Notes: generated from the sequence alone by a model not told the origin. A stretch of 64,000 bases of DNA from an uncultured Chlamydiae bacterium (GCA_963713615.1 CAVQMM010000001.1:3136001-3200000), one strand, 5' to 3'; shown: positions 20,345 to 31,414, numbered from the stretch's first letter. Program-made: numbers and translations.

Positions 20345-21550
20345 TTATAGCAAATACCATGGGGTGGCGGGAACTGAAGTTTGTGTTTGCACAGCGTGCT
20401 CCCCGCAATACACCACCAGGCCGGATTCGGCTGGATTGCGATCTAACTGCAGCCATCGATCGATGCCCTTTCGGAAATCTGTCTGAAAGGTTTGGGAAAG
20501 CTTGATTTCTATTGGAAAATTTTGACGTCCACTGTTGATGAGCAAGTCAATTTCGTTGCCTGTTTGGTCGCGCCAAAAGTACAGCGGTGGAGTCTCGCCG
20601 ATGTTATAAAAGCGTTTAAAACATTCGCTAACCATAAAAGTTTCAAAGATAGATCCCAGCAGAGGATGAGTGGTTAAGTGCTCCATGTTTCTGATCGATA
20701 ATAAGAAACACAGCAGACCTGTATCGACAAAGTACAGTTTAGGAGTCTTGACCAGGCGTTTTGAAAAATTCTCAAAGAAGGGAGGGAGAATAAAAATCAG
20801 GCCGCTGGTCTCCAACAGGGAAATCCAGTGCTTTACAGTCATCACACTTATGCCCAATGCATTCGATAGGGAAGAGTAGTTCATTAGCTGTCCGGACAGA
20901 GAGGCACAGAGCTTTAGGAATGTTTCAAAGGTTCGAATATTTCGTACTTGAAGGAGTGAGCGCACATCGCGTTCAACGTAAGTCAACACATAATTTTCAT
21001 ACCATTTGTAGCTGTCCAGGTGCTGATCGTGAATGCGAGGGTAAAAACCCGTCAGGAGAAGATTGTATAGATCATCCTGCTGCAGGTGTTTACGGTGGGA
21101 ATGCCGAACACGAAATATGGCATCCTGATTTGGATCAGCTGGATAACCATAGAGCTCAGTAAAAGACAGAGGATATAATTTGAAGGTGACAATTCTACCA
21201 GCCAAAGACTGAGTGATCTTTTCCATCAAGAGAAACTGCGAAGACCCCGTGAGAACATACTGACCGTTTATTGGATTGCTATCGACAATTTCCTGCAGAT
21301 AGGGGAAGAGTTCAGGCACACGTTGAACTTCATCCAAAATGACATTAGGACCATGTTCATTGAGAAAGCCGCGGGGATCCTCGGCAGCATATTGACGATA
21401 GTCGAGGTTTTCGAGAGATATATACCGATGGTTTGGGAAAAGGGCTTGTGTAAGCGTTGTTTTACCACTTTGACGTGGTCCAACCAAAGCAACTATGGGG
21501 TATTGCTTGGCATACTTGAGAATGTAGGAGGACAAATGTCTGGGTATCAT
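20345..21550 (-). CDS. AAA+ ATPase with DUF4143 domain
   Basis: GPRQSGKTT, LDEVQ, LTGS, KLYFVDTGL, EIDL..PIEIK. Confidence 0.88.
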   Translation of the reverse strand: MIPRHLSSYILKYAKQYPIVALVGPRQSGKTTLTQALFPNHRYISLENLDYRQYAAEDPRGFLNEHGPNVILDEVQRVPELFPYLQEIVDSNPINGQYVLTGSSQFLLMEKITQSLAGRIVTFKLYPLSFTELYGYPADPNQDAIFRVRHSHRKHLQQDDLYNLLLTGFYPRIHDQHLDSYKWYENYVLTYVERDVRSLLQVRNIRTFETFLKLCASLSGQLMNYSSLSNALGISVMTVKHWISLLETSGLIFILPPFFENFSKRLVKTPKLYFVDTGLLCFLLSIRNMEHLTTHPLLGSIFETFMVSECFKRFYNIGETPPLYFWRDQTGNEIDLLINSGRQNFPIEIKLSQTFQTDFRKGIDRWLQLDRNPAESGLVVYCGEHAVQTQTSVPATPWYLL

Positions 21551-21779
21551 ATGGCAAATTTATAGTTCTATCTTAAATTTGTCAAGAATATCTGGTGGGC
21601 TTATTTCCTAAGCGATGGAAAAGTGATTTCTTCCAAAAAGAGCGATCGTTAGCGATCGCTCTTTTTTTATTAATTTTAATTCATATGGTCATGCTTAAAA
21701 ATGATTTATCTTGTTTGAAATGGGTGTTTGTTTTAGCTTCATTGGCTATGTTTCACGAAAATCCAAAAGGAGGGACATC

Positions 21780-21974
21780 ATGAAAAATGGTCACTATTTG
21801 TTGCTCTTGGAGCAATCTTAGGTTTCTCAGCAATTTCAGCTTCTGAGGAATTCGCGTTTCCGAATGGTCTGTTTGAAGAGTTCGTCCACGCAGGGTCAGA
21901 AAGATTTAGTGATTCTGCCTGGAAGACCTATCAGTACACCACGAATAGTGAAACCTTTGAGATAGCATTGCCCT
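21780..21974 (+). pseudogene. Truncated paralog of the 23050 exported protein
   Basis: Adding one A after ATG gives MKKWSLFVALGAILGFSAISA...SAWKTYQY...FEIALP, matching KAWKTSVY...VEVALP; cut by a transposase. Confidence 0.6.
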
Positions 21975-22935
21975 GGCGGTATTCGCTCAGATGGGAGCTC
22001 ATTTTATCATTGGTGTTAATCCAGGTGGCAATCCTAGCCTCTTTGAGTGGCTCAAAGGGATAGAACTCGCGACACATAAAGTGACTACTAAAAAGGAAAC
22101 ACTTGAGTTTAGCTTCTGCAATAAAATCCCACTAAATGATGCCAACCACGATCTTGAGGTAAACTTCATCGACTGCGTAGTAAGAAATGGGCCTTGTTCA
22201 CCTTTACGGTCAGAATTTCGGTCGGACGAAAAAGGTCGGATGTCGTGGTTTGTGACGAGGGCATAGCGCCAGCTATGTCCGAGGAGCAAAACGCGACAGA
22301 CGATCCTTTTGCAGTCGACCGAAAACTGACCGCAAAGGTGAATAAGGCCAAGAAATGCTAAGGGTAAAATAATCGGACATTTCTCATGGATTACAGATAT
22401 CCTTGTCACTCAAAATAATGTCCACCAACTTTCAAGAGGAGGAAGAGCTAGATGGCGGATTGAAAATGAGACGTTCAACACTCTTAAGAATCAGGGTTAT
22501 CACTTTGAGCATAATTTTGGACATGGCTATAGACATCTAAGCCATGTCTTTGGTGTTTTGATGTTTTTGGCGTTTTTCATAGATCAAGTACAGCAACGCT
22601 GCTGCGGGCTTTTTCAGGCGGCAGTAGAAAAAGCTGGATCAAAAGCGCGATTTTGGCGCCGCCAGCAATCTATTTTTACAGAGCTCTATGTCTCTTCCTG
22701 GGAGGGCCTGTTTCTTTGGATGGTAGACAGGAGCCATGGAGGAGTAACAATGCATGACACTTCTTAAGATGCAGCTTAAAGCGATGTCGTGATTGTTAAG
22801 AGAGTGTTTTTAGACAGATAAGCGATCAAAGGTAATCGAAGCTACCTAGTCGAAGGTGATTGCTTTTCTCGATTTTCTATACTCCTAGCGCGTCCTAGAA
22901 AGGTGCTTAAAAATATTTATTTGAGGGAGCTGCTG
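21975..22935 (+). mobile_element. 5'-truncated DDE transposase (ISNCY/IS4-like) interrupted by a MITE
   Basis: FSWITDI...GRARWRIENETFNTLKNQGYHFEHNFGHG; stop at 22767; putative right end GGGAGCTGCTG near 22935. Confidence 0.8.
22190..22349. mobile_element. 160-bp MITE, copy 2, with 8-bp target duplication
   Basis: AAGAAATG on both flanks (22182-22189, 22350-22357); removing it restores the transposase frame. Confidence 0.92.
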
Positions 22936-23049
22936 GAGTTCTTCCTTCTAAGTAGCTTATTATTCTATGTCCAGCTATAAACGTACCTTTTCACACGGAG
23001 AAGGTACCTTTTTGTACTGAAATTGTTCACGACTGGAGGGAAAAATTTC

Positions 23050-23631
23050 ATGAAGCAGTTTTCTTTTTTGATTGCGATTGTTGCTAGTTTGAGCCTCAGT
23101 GAGGTTCCCGAGGCTACTGCAGTAGACTACAGTCAGTTGTTACCAAGTTGCATCTTTGACAACCTACCAGAGGCTAATCGTGGGCAGAGCAAGGCCTGGA
23201 AGACAAGCGTTTATAATCTACATGGTGAAGACGTGGAGGTAGCCCTGCCCTCAGGACAGTTTACTTTCCAAGAGACTGATGGACAGCTGTTGCTACAACT
23301 TCAAAAGGGGAATGAGTACTTTGTCATTTCAGCGACTTCTAATGGGGGAGTAAGGCCAGAATCGAAGCAATTCGGGGACACAGTGGTCACTGTACTTGAG
23401 GATAGTCTTGCAGCACAGGGTGGGAAGGTAGGCCTGCCTAAGTACAGTCAGCGTGGTTCTATGGACGTTGTGGAACTTCTGGTTCGTATTCCGTCGTCTG
23501 GGGGTACTGTCTACATGAAGACTGCATTTTTTATTTCCGATACAAACATCTATTCGCTGGCGGCAACCTATTTCAATGCGCCTAGTTCGAATGTAACGCG
23601 TTTCATGAATGCGTTTAGGTTGATCGAATAG
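23050..23631 (+). CDS. Exported hypothetical protein
   Basis: GGAGGG ribosome binding site, signal peptide MKQFSFLIAIVASLSL. Confidence 0.75.
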   Translation: MKQFSFLIAIVASLSLSEVPEATAVDYSQLLPSCIFDNLPEANRGQSKAWKTSVYNLHGEDVEVALPSGQFTFQETDGQLLLQLQKGNEYFVISATSNGGVRPESKQFGDTVVTVLEDSLAAQGGKVGLPKYSQRGSMDVVELLVRIPSSGGTVYMKTAFFISDTNIYSLAATYFNAPSSNVTRFMNAFRLIE

Positions 23632-23660
23632 ACCATACTTGGGGAGGGGCTAGGACTGCC

Positions 23661-23864
23661 TTGCAAAAGAAAATATCGTCTGGCCCTTCTCATCCTCACC
23701 TGCTTGCAGCGCAGCAGCTCGTCTATGAACCTGGCGCATTGACTTGCGAAAATGTGGTTAGGGAAGCCGAAAGCGAAGAATATGGTGCGTTCACATTCCA
23801 ATTGAACAAGCGCCACATCAAGTTTCGCGTGGCAAAGATTACACCTCACGTCCAATTAGTCTAA
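23661..23864 (+). pseudogene. MepB-family protein N-terminal fragment
   Basis: EAESEEYGAFTFQLN..IKFRVAKITP followed by an early stop. Confidence 0.65.
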
Positions 23865-24084
23865 TCAGTCCAGTTCGTCCATCCTGTCCGTTCAGTCCAG
23901 CATGAAGCTGCATTGTTGGTTGAAAAAAACCTTTCAACCTGCTAACATTAAATTGGATGAATATGGGACGGCATCATAAAAATTCGTTTCAATTACCCGA
24001 TTGTTTTTGTTGATGCTTGTTATGGCTAACACGTGTTAGTCTGTGTCCTTCTTTATCGTAAGGCATCCTCTAGAGGTAAAGGCA

Positions 24085-25545
24085 ATGGAAACAGAGCGTT
24101 ATGACGCTTCAACAGAAGAACTCCTTAAGGAGCGGTCCGACTACAAATATGGTTTTGTTACCGATGTAGAAGCGGATCGTATTCCCAAAGGTCTCAGCGA
24201 AGAGGTTGTCCGCCTGATATCGGCGAAGAAGCAAGAGCCTGAGTGGATGCTGGAATTCCGCCTAAAAGCCTATCGTCGATGGCTGGAGCAGCAAGAGCCT
24301 AAATGGGCTAACGTCACACATCCTGCGATCGATTACCAAGACATCTCTTATTACTCTGCTCCAAAGAAAAAGACAGCACTGAATAGCTTGGATGAAGTGG
24401 ACCCTGAGGTTCGCAAAACTTTTGAGCGTCTAGGTATTCCATTGGACGAACAAAAGCGCCTGGCCAACGTTGCTATGGACGTTGTTTTTGATTCTGTTTC
24501 CATTCATACGACTTTTCAGAAGAAATTAGAAGATGCCGGCGTGGTGCTATGCCCGATGTCTGAAGCCATCCAGCGCTTTCCAGACCTGGTACGTAAATAT
24601 CTTGGAAGCGTTGTTCCCATTGGCGATAATTTCTTCGCATCGCTGAACTCAGCAGTTTTTTCCGACGGTTCATTCGTCTACATTCCCAAGGGCGTCAAGA
24701 GCCCTATGGAGCTATCGACCTATTTTCGCATCAACGACAAGGAATCGGGACAATTTGAACGTACGTTGATTATTGCTGAAGAAGGCAGCTTTGTTAGCTA
24801 CCTGGAAGGCTGCACAGCACCTGCTTATGACCGCAATCAGTTACATGCTGCAGTTGTAGAGCTAATTGCTTTGGATAATGCTGAAATTAAGTATGCCACC
24901 GTACAAAACTGGTATTCGGGAGATCCAAAAACAGGTCAAGGGGGCATCTACAACTTCGTGACCAAACGCGGACGCTGCGCTGGTGTCAACTCGAAAATTT
25001 CTTGGACTCAGGTCGAGGTTGGTGCTGCTATTACATGGAAGTACCCAAGCTGTATCCTACAGGGAGATAATTCCGTTGGTGAGTTTTATTCCGTGGCCTT
25101 AACAACAGGGCACATGCAGGCTGACACGGGTACCAAGATGATTCATCTCGGAAAAAACACCTCTTCTACAATCATATCGAAGGGCATCGCCGCGGATAAA
25201 TCGCATAATAGCTACCGCGGCCTGGTTCAGGTGGCTCCTAGAGCTACAGGGGCGCGCAATTATACCCAATGCGATTCTATGCTTGTCGGAGCTGAATGTT
25301 CTGCCAATACCTTTCCTTACATCGAAGTCGGTAACTCCACTAGCCAGGTCGAGCATGAAGCATCGACTTCTAAGATGAATGAAGAGCAACTTTTTTACTT
25401 CCAGTCTCGCGGACTTTCTCAAGAAGATGCCGTTAACATGATCGTTAATGGATTCTGCAAGGAAGTTATCCGCGAATTGCCGCTAGAATTTGCTGTAGAG
25501 GCACAAAAATTGCTGACCCTGAAGCTAGAGCATTCTGTCGGCTAG
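24085..25545 (+). CDS. sufB: Fe-S cluster assembly protein SufB
   Basis: [34 protein letters not shown]. Confidence 0.97.
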   Translation: METERYDASTEELLKERSDYKYGFVTDVEADRIPKGLSEEVVRLISAKKQEPEWMLEFRLKAYRRWLEQQEPKWANVTHPAIDYQDISYYSAPKKKTALNSLDEVDPEVRKTFERLGIPLDEQKRLANVAMDVVFDSVSIHTTFQKKLEDAGVVLCPMSEAIQRFPDLVRKYLGSVVPIGDNFFASLNSAVFSDGSFVYIPKGVKSPMELSTYFRINDKESGQFERTLIIAEEGSFVSYLEGCTAPAYDRNQLHAAVVELIALDNAEIKYATVQNWYSGDPKTGQGGIYNFVTKRGRCAGVNSKISWTQVEVGAAITWKYPSCILQGDNSVGEFYSVALTTGHMQADTGTKMIHLGKNTSSTIISKGIAADKSHNSYRGLVQVAPRATGARNYTQCDSMLVGAECSANTFPYIEVGNSTSQVEHEASTSKMNEEQLFYFQSRGLSQEDAVNMIVNGFCKEVIRELPLEFAVEAQKLLTLKLEHSVG

Positions 25546-25572
25546 ATAAACCATCCAAGGAACTGTACCATA

Positions 25573-26337
25573 ATGCTAGAGATAATTGATCTGACCGCCG
25601 CCGTAGAGGGCAACACGATTTTGAAGGGCCTTACACTTAAGGTCAAGAAAGGCGAAATCCATGCTGTCATGGGCCCCAATGGCGCTGGTAAATCTACGCT
25701 TGCTAAGGTCATTGCCGGCCATCCCGCTTATGAAATCACCAGTGGACAGGTTCTTCTCAATGGCAAGGACCTCTTGGCATTGGACCCCGATGAACGTGCT
25801 CATGCGGGTCTTTTTATGAGCTTTCAATATCCCGTCGAAATTCCGGGCGTCAGTAACGTTCAGTTCTTACGCAGTGCCTACAATGCTAAGCGTAAAGCTT
25901 TAGGACTAGCGGAGATGTCTGAGGCAGACTTTGATGTTCTTATGGATGCCAAAATGGCGTTAATGGAGATCAAACCTGAATTTAAGACGCGCAATGTCAA
26001 CGAAGGTTTTTCGGGCGGAGAGAAAAAGCGCAATGAAATCCTGCAATTGGCTGTGCTAGCGCCTGAATTTGCTATTTTGGATGAGACCGACTCAGGGCTA
26101 GACATCGACGCCATTCGCATTGTCTCCAAGGGGGTTAATCAAATCATGAACCCCGAGATGGGCCTATTGCTGATTACTCACTACCAACGGCTCTTAAATT
26201 ATATTAAGCCAGACTACGTGCATGTGATGATGGATGGACGGATTGTTCAATCTGGCGATGCTAGCTTTGCATTAGAGCTGGAAGCGAAAGGGTACGATTG
26301 GCTACAGCCTTCCGACAGCGAGGTGGCGGGATGTTAG
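25573..26337 (+). CDS. sufC: Fe-S assembly ATPase SufC
   Basis: GPNGAGKST, FSGGEKKRNE, LDETDSGLD. Confidence 0.97.
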   Translation: MLEIIDLTAAVEGNTILKGLTLKVKKGEIHAVMGPNGAGKSTLAKVIAGHPAYEITSGQVLLNGKDLLALDPDERAHAGLFMSFQYPVEIPGVSNVQFLRSAYNAKRKALGLAEMSEADFDVLMDAKMALMEIKPEFKTRNVNEGFSGGEKKRNEILQLAVLAPEFAILDETDSGLDIDAIRIVSKGVNQIMNPEMGLLLITHYQRLLNYIKPDYVHVMMDGRIVQSGDASFALELEAKGYDWLQPSDSEVAGC

Positions 26338-27638
26338 TGGCTTCCCGTGAACAGGATGAGTTTCTGCAGTTGGTTACACAATTGTATGGTGACATTGCCC
26401 TCAAGGATGGACTAAAGCGTCTAAGGGCAAAAGCGTGGGATCGTTTTCTTGAGCTAGGTCTGCCGTCGCGTAGTCTAGAAGTCTATCGATACATACGTCT
26501 AAGAAATCTTTTTTCGCGTTCCTTTCGATCGATCGAGTCGGAGACATTGTCGTCGGAGCAGGTGGCACCTTTTGTGTATCCGGAATGCCAGGAGTCATTT
26601 TTGGTGTTCGTGAATGGAACCTTCCAGCCGACACTCTCAAATGTATCGGGCGTGCCAAAGAAAGTGGTTATTAGTGCGCTTGGTGAGGCGGTACAATCTT
26701 TTGGAACCTTCCTGGACAACCATTGGACCAAATCGATCAAAGAGGAAACAGATCCTTTTGTCGCATTGAATGCTGCGGTACACCCTTCAGGGGCTTTTGT
26801 CTATCTCCCTCCACAGACTGAAGTTATTGCACCTATTCAGATCATCAATATTCTTGGCCCTAAGGCTCAGCAAGCAGTGGTGCTGCCCAAGGTGCTTGTC
26901 TTTGTGGGGCGTCAGTCAGAGGTCACTATAGCCGAAACGACGGTCGAACTAGGATGTAGTGGTTATTGCCTAAATCAGGTCACCGAGTTGGTCATCGAAG
27001 AAGGCGCACACGCCAAAGTCATCACGGAGACGAGTGGGCTGTCGGCTGATGCGTGGCACTTAAGCGCTTTACGCGGAAGTCTTAAGAGAGATGCGAGCCT
27101 AAAGGTCATCAATTTTACTGATGGAGCCATGACAGTTCGCAGCGACCTTCATGTAACGCTCTTGGGCGAAAATGCCGAAGCGTGCTTGAATGGCGTGTGG
27201 ATGTTGGATGACAAGCGTGAAGCCCATACCAATGTGATGATTGACCACCAGGCACCTAATTGCCGCTCTAATCAGTTGTTTAAAGGGGTGTTGACAGACA
27301 TCTCGCGTTCTAGCTTCGAAGGTAAGATTTTTGTGCGCCAGGCCGCGCAGAAAACCGAAGCTTATCAGTTGAACAACAATCTCATTTTAAGCGATAAGGC
27401 AAATGCCGACAGCAAACCCAACCTAGAGATCTTTGCCGATGATGTGAAGGCTTCGCACGGGGCTACCGTGGGTCAGCTTGATGAAGATCAGCTGTTCTAT
27501 TGCAGGGCGCGCGGATATAGCCTTGATGAAGCCCGTAACCTTTTAGTCCATGGTTTCTGTGAAGAAGTCATTGATTTGATTCCATTACCGTCAGTACTGC
27601 AGCGGCTGTCGTCACGCGCCAGACGTTTTTTGGTATAG
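26331..27638 (+). CDS. sufD: Fe-S assembly protein SufD
   Basis: KPNLEIFADDVKASHGATVG; operon position. Confidence 0.95.
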   Translation: MLVASREQDEFLQLVTQLYGDIALKDGLKRLRAKAWDRFLELGLPSRSLEVYRYIRLRNLFSRSFRSIESETLSSEQVAPFVYPECQESFLVFVNGTFQPTLSNVSGVPKKVVISALGEAVQSFGTFLDNHWTKSIKEETDPFVALNAAVHPSGAFVYLPPQTEVIAPIQIINILGPKAQQAVVLPKVLVFVGRQSEVTIAETTVELGCSGYCLNQVTELVIEEGAHAKVITETSGLSADAWHLSALRGSLKRDASLKVINFTDGAMTVRSDLHVTLLGENAEACLNGVWMLDDKREAHTNVMIDHQAPNCRSNQLFKGVLTDISRSSFEGKIFVRQAAQKTEAYQLNNNLILSDKANADSKPNLEIFADDVKASHGATVGQLDEDQLFYCRARGYSLDEARNLLVHGFCEEVIDLIPLPSVLQRLSSRARRFLV

Positions 27639-27662
27639 TTTAGATTGAATAAGGGGAGAGCT

Positions 27663-28874
27663 ATGGAAAAGCACATTGCCGATTTTCCAATGCTGCAAAA
27701 AACTCTTCATGGCCAACCGTTGGTTTACTTGGATTCAGCGGCGACAGCGCAGAAACCGCAAGCTGTCATCGATGCAATCGCTAATTTCTATAAGAATCAC
27801 TATGGGACAGTCCACCGTGCTGTGTACGGGTTAGTGACCTATGCGACTTCGGAGTTTAGTAAGGTTCGCGAGGCCGTTGCCAAATTTATCAATGCCAGCA
27901 AGTCAGAAGAGATCATCTTCACACGTGGGACTACTGAAGCAATCAATCTCGTCGCTTATTCCTTTGGGAAGGCTTTTATTAAGCCGGGCGATGAAATCCT
28001 CATTTCCACCATCGAACATCATGCTAATATAGTTCCTTGGCAAAACACTTGTGAAGACCGTGGAGCCATCCTTAAAGTCATTCCTGTCGACGATAATGGT
28101 GAATTAGATCTAATAGCTTTTAAGAATCTGCTGTCTGAAAAGACACGCATAGTGGCTGTTGGACACGTTTCCAATGCCTTGGGGACGGTTAATCCCATCA
28201 AGGAGATGATCAAAATGGCCCACGCGGTGGGAGCTAAAGTTTTGATCGACGGTGCGCAAGCAGCTCCTAATATGCCTGTGGATGTCCGTGATCTTGATGC
28301 TGACTTCTACGCCTTTTCAGGGCACAAGCTGTTTGGTCCTACGGGAATTGGAGTGCTTTATGGTAAGGAAGATCTCTTAGAGGTAATGCCTCCATATCAG
28401 TGTGGTGGCGATATGATTGATATTGTCACCTTTGAAAAGACGACGTTTAATGTTCTGCCGCTGAAGTTTGAGGCTGGTACACCAATGATCGCGGAAGTGA
28501 TTGGTTTAGGAGCTGCTATAGCCTATCTTCAAGGCATCGGTATGGCGGCTATCCAGGAGCATGAACAGCGGTTACTAGCCTATGCTACGCAGAAAATGAG
28601 TTGTATTGAAGGCTTACGTATCATCGGTACAGCCAAACATAAGGGCGCTATTATCAGCTTTGTCATCGAGGGCGCCCATCCCTTGGATGTGGGAACGTTT
28701 TTAGACCTCAAGGGTATCTGTGTACGGACAGGGCATCACTGCGCCCAGCCGACGATGCAGCGTTTCAAGGTCAAGGGCACTTCCCGAGCATCTTTTGCTT
28801 TTTACAATACCTTTGCCGAGATCGACTTCTTTGTTGATCGCCTTCAGGATATTGCGAGACAGCTTCGTAAATAG
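27663..28874 (+). CDS. sufS: Cysteine desulfurase SufS
   Basis: YLDSAAT, FSGHK, RTGHHCAQP. Confidence 0.95.
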   Translation: MEKHIADFPMLQKTLHGQPLVYLDSAATAQKPQAVIDAIANFYKNHYGTVHRAVYGLVTYATSEFSKVREAVAKFINASKSEEIIFTRGTTEAINLVAYSFGKAFIKPGDEILISTIEHHANIVPWQNTCEDRGAILKVIPVDDNGELDLIAFKNLLSEKTRIVAVGHVSNALGTVNPIKEMIKMAHAVGAKVLIDGAQAAPNMPVDVRDLDADFYAFSGHKLFGPTGIGVLYGKEDLLEVMPPYQCGGDMIDIVTFEKTTFNVLPLKFEAGTPMIAEVIGLGAAIAYLQGIGMAAIQEHEQRLLAYATQKMSCIEGLRIIGTAKHKGAIISFVIEGAHPLDVGTFLDLKGICVRTGHHCAQPTMQRFKVKGTSRASFAFYNTFAEIDFFVDRLQDIARQLRK

Positions 28875-28926
28875 AGGCTCTAGATTCTCGAGGTTTGTGA
28901 GACTTTTTAGGATTTTACCGCCATTG

Positions 28927-29340
28927 GAGTGCGAGGCGCTTGTAGGGCTTTTTAGGATTTTACCACAGAGAACACAGAGACGCCGAGATAGGAGAGAGAG
29001 GAGAGAATGACCCGTTTATGGGGTCTTAGACAAAATTCACTCTAAGGACCTCTGTAGGGATATCCTTCGATAAAATCCTTAGAGTGAATTTTGTCTAAGA
29101 CCCCATAAACGGGTCAGGTGCTCAATCTAACTTTTTTTGTTAAAATTGAGGATCTGTTCAGTTACTGGCTCTGGACAAGGTCCTGTCTAAGGGCTCTACA
29201 GAATCGTGTTCCTGTGGGAACCCTTAGACTGGATTTTGTCCAGTGCCAGTAACTGAACATTCTCTCTTCTCTCTCCTATCTCGGCGTCTCTGCGTTCTCT
29301 GTGGTAAAGTCCTAAAAAGCCCTACGAGCGCCTCGCACTC
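28927..29340. repeat. Palindromic carrier element holding two internal hairpins
   Basis: Outer arms GAGTGCGAGGCGCT..TTAGGATTTTACCACAGAG..GAGATAGGAGAG and complement; inner hairpins at about 29008-29116 and 29154-29259. Confidence 0.9.
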
Positions 29341-29345
29341 AAACC

Positions 29346-30224
29346 TTATGGCGGCGGGGTCACTTCGGCAGGCATGCCGTAGGTCATCCATCCTATCGAC
29401 TTAAACGTCAGTTGTAGCCAGTTATAGGTCTCCAGGACAAGCTGCTGTGCAAAGACCTGTAAGCCTATTGTGATGATCATCAATGCTAACAGAGATTTCA
29501 AGGGCATCCCCAAGAAGGTGATCTGAACCTGCGGAGCCAAGCGGTTACAGATACCTAGAAACACGTCGGTCATTAAGATGGCTAACAACCCCGGGGCGGC
29601 TAACTGTATTGTCAGGACCATCATCCGGTTGAAAACCTCTTGCTGAAGCTTCCAAAAGGGCGATGTTGAGTTGAAGAACGCGCTGTTTAAAAAACGGTCC
29701 AGAGGGATAAGTTCATAGGACTTTCGTATGCCTTCAATAAAGTGAAAAGGCCCATCCATCATATAGAATAGATAGATAAGCATCATATTAAACAGCGTAC
29801 CCAGTGGCGATGATTGGTTTTGGATCGTGGGGTCATTGACCATCAAACTCGCACCGCCGCGTTGGTGGTCGATGATCATACCCACGTTCTGAATAATGCT
29901 AAAAGGAATACTGATCATAAAGCCTATGCAAAACCCGATAAAAAGCTCTTTGACCATATAGAAAATCAGACGCATGTTGAAGAGAATAGGCGTCTCAGTG
30001 GTGATGAGAAGCTGTGGCAAGAAGATGACAAAGAGGCTGATGGCGAAGGTGACTTTAACGGGGTGAGGAAGGACTTTAGAGCCAAAAAAGGGTGCCTGAC
30101 CAATGATGGGGAGGACGCGACCCAGTGTCAACAGCATCATAGAGAGCAATGATGATGGCGTGTTGTTAGCGTAGTTTCCGCTGAGATATAGATCTAGGTA
30201 GATATTTGGTGAATCAACGGCCAT
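29346..30224 (-). CDS. sctT: T3SS export apparatus SctT
   Basis: GMIIDHQRG, NRLAPQVQI, PLKS; multiple TM; operon order. Confidence 0.93.
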   Translation of the reverse strand: MAVDSPNIYLDLYLSGNYANNTPSSLLSMMLLTLGRVLPIIGQAPFFGSKVLPHPVKVTFAISLFVIFLPQLLITTETPILFNMRLIFYMVKELFIGFCIGFMISIPFSIIQNVGMIIDHQRGGASLMVNDPTIQNQSSPLGTLFNMMLIYLFYMMDGPFHFIEGIRKSYELIPLDRFLNSAFFNSTSPFWKLQQEVFNRMMVLTIQLAAPGLLAILMTDVFLGICNRLAPQVQITFLGMPLKSLLALMIITIGLQVFAQQLVLETYNWLQLTFKSIGWMTYGMPAEVTPPP

Positions 30225-30228
30225 ATTT

Positions 30229-30504
30229 TTATTGAGTCATCGACCATAAGGGGAAGTTTTTAAAAATATTTACGGCTAAGCTCATAATCTGTGCTCCGAG
30301 CCATGGTCCCAATAGCATCAGTACCAACGTCACCGCTACCAGCTTAACGGTAAAGGAGAGTGTTTGCTCCTGAATCTGGGTAGCAGCCTGAAAGATAGCG
30401 ACAATGATACCAAAGAACATACTGATCAAAATCGGAGGAGCCGACAGGATGAGAATCAACAACAGTCCCTGGTAGGCTAGTTGGACGACTTGTGTTTGAA
30501 ACAT
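30229..30504 (-). CDS. sctS: T3SS export apparatus SctS
   Basis: FQAATQIQEQTLSFTVKL. Confidence 0.95.
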   Translation of the reverse strand: MFQTQVVQLAYQGLLLILILSAPPILISMFFGIIVAIFQAATQIQEQTLSFTVKLVAVTLVLMLLGPWLGAQIMSLAVNIFKNFPLWSMTQ

Positions 30505-30523
30505 ACCTGGTACCCTCTTATGA

Positions 30524-31402
30524 CTAGCGGAACGTCAATACTAAGCCTTCTATTAGCAAAGTCCAGCCATCCAGCATCACGAGCAGGAATAGCTTTAGCG
30601 GCATGGAGATGGTGACAGGTGAAAGCATCATCATACCCATCGCTAGCAAAACGTTGGAGGTGACAAGGTCGATCACAAAAAATGGGATGTAGATTAACAC
30701 GCCAATTTCAAAAGCCTGTTTAAGCTGTCCCGTAATGAAGGATGGCACAAGGATGATGAAATCCTCTGGGCTAAGACTCTCACGGTTTTCCTCTGGTAGA
30801 ATGCGATAAGCCATGCGGTAAAACAGCACCTGGTGCTTTACAGCTGAATTGCGCTTTAGAAACTGTCTGAGAGGCTCACGAGCGCGTCCAGCAACGTTGA
30901 TGATGTATTGTGACGATTCTGTAGTGAACAGGGAATCTGGTGCTGTGTACTCGTTGATTGCTGATTGGGCTTCATTGTACATAGCCAAGACCGTAGGGTA
31001 CATAATGTACATGCTTAGCATGAACCCTACGCCGTTGATAACTTGGTTTGGCGGTGCCTGCTGAACTCCCAAAGCACTACGCAGCAGCGAGAGTACGATG
31101 ACGATTTTAAGGAAAGAGGTCAACAGCATGATGATGAATGGCAGTAATGCCAATATCGACAGCGCAACTGCTTGAGTGATTAACGATGGCCGCTTGAATG
31201 TCTCAAAAGGTGCATGTTCCAAAATCTGCGAGGGAGGCGGAGTTGCGTTTTTTTCGTCTGTCTTCTTTTGGTCCGCTGTCTGGGCTGTTGGTGCTTGGTT
31301 CTGTTGTGGAAAGAGGTCCGTAGGCACCAGCCATGCCACTGCTAGTGTAGCGCATAGGTAGAGCACAAAACGGAGTGATAGGAGTCTTGAAATATGTGCC
31401 AT
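30524..31402 (-). CDS. sctR: T3SS export apparatus SctR
   Basis: LRSALGVQQAPPNQV, LAMGMMMLSP, LDGW. Confidence 0.95.
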   Translation of the reverse strand: MAHISRLLSLRFVLYLCATLAVAWLVPTDLFPQQNQAPTAQTADQKKTDEKNATPPPSQILEHAPFETFKRPSLITQAVALSILALLPFIIMLLTSFLKIVIVLSLLRSALGVQQAPPNQVINGVGFMLSMYIMYPTVLAMYNEAQSAINEYTAPDSLFTTESSQYIINVAGRAREPLRQFLKRNSAVKHQVLFYRMAYRILPEENRESLSPEDFIILVPSFITGQLKQAFEIGVLIYIPFFVIDLVTSNVLLAMGMMMLSPVTISMPLKLFLLVMLDGWTLLIEGLVLTFR

Positions 31403-31414
31403 TACGCGGACCTT

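Noticed and set aside
21780..21790. Programmed phase variation at the A-runs (21783, 39579, 61966)
   Set aside because: All three are short runs lacking one base, a pattern typical of sequencing error; cannot be decided without reads
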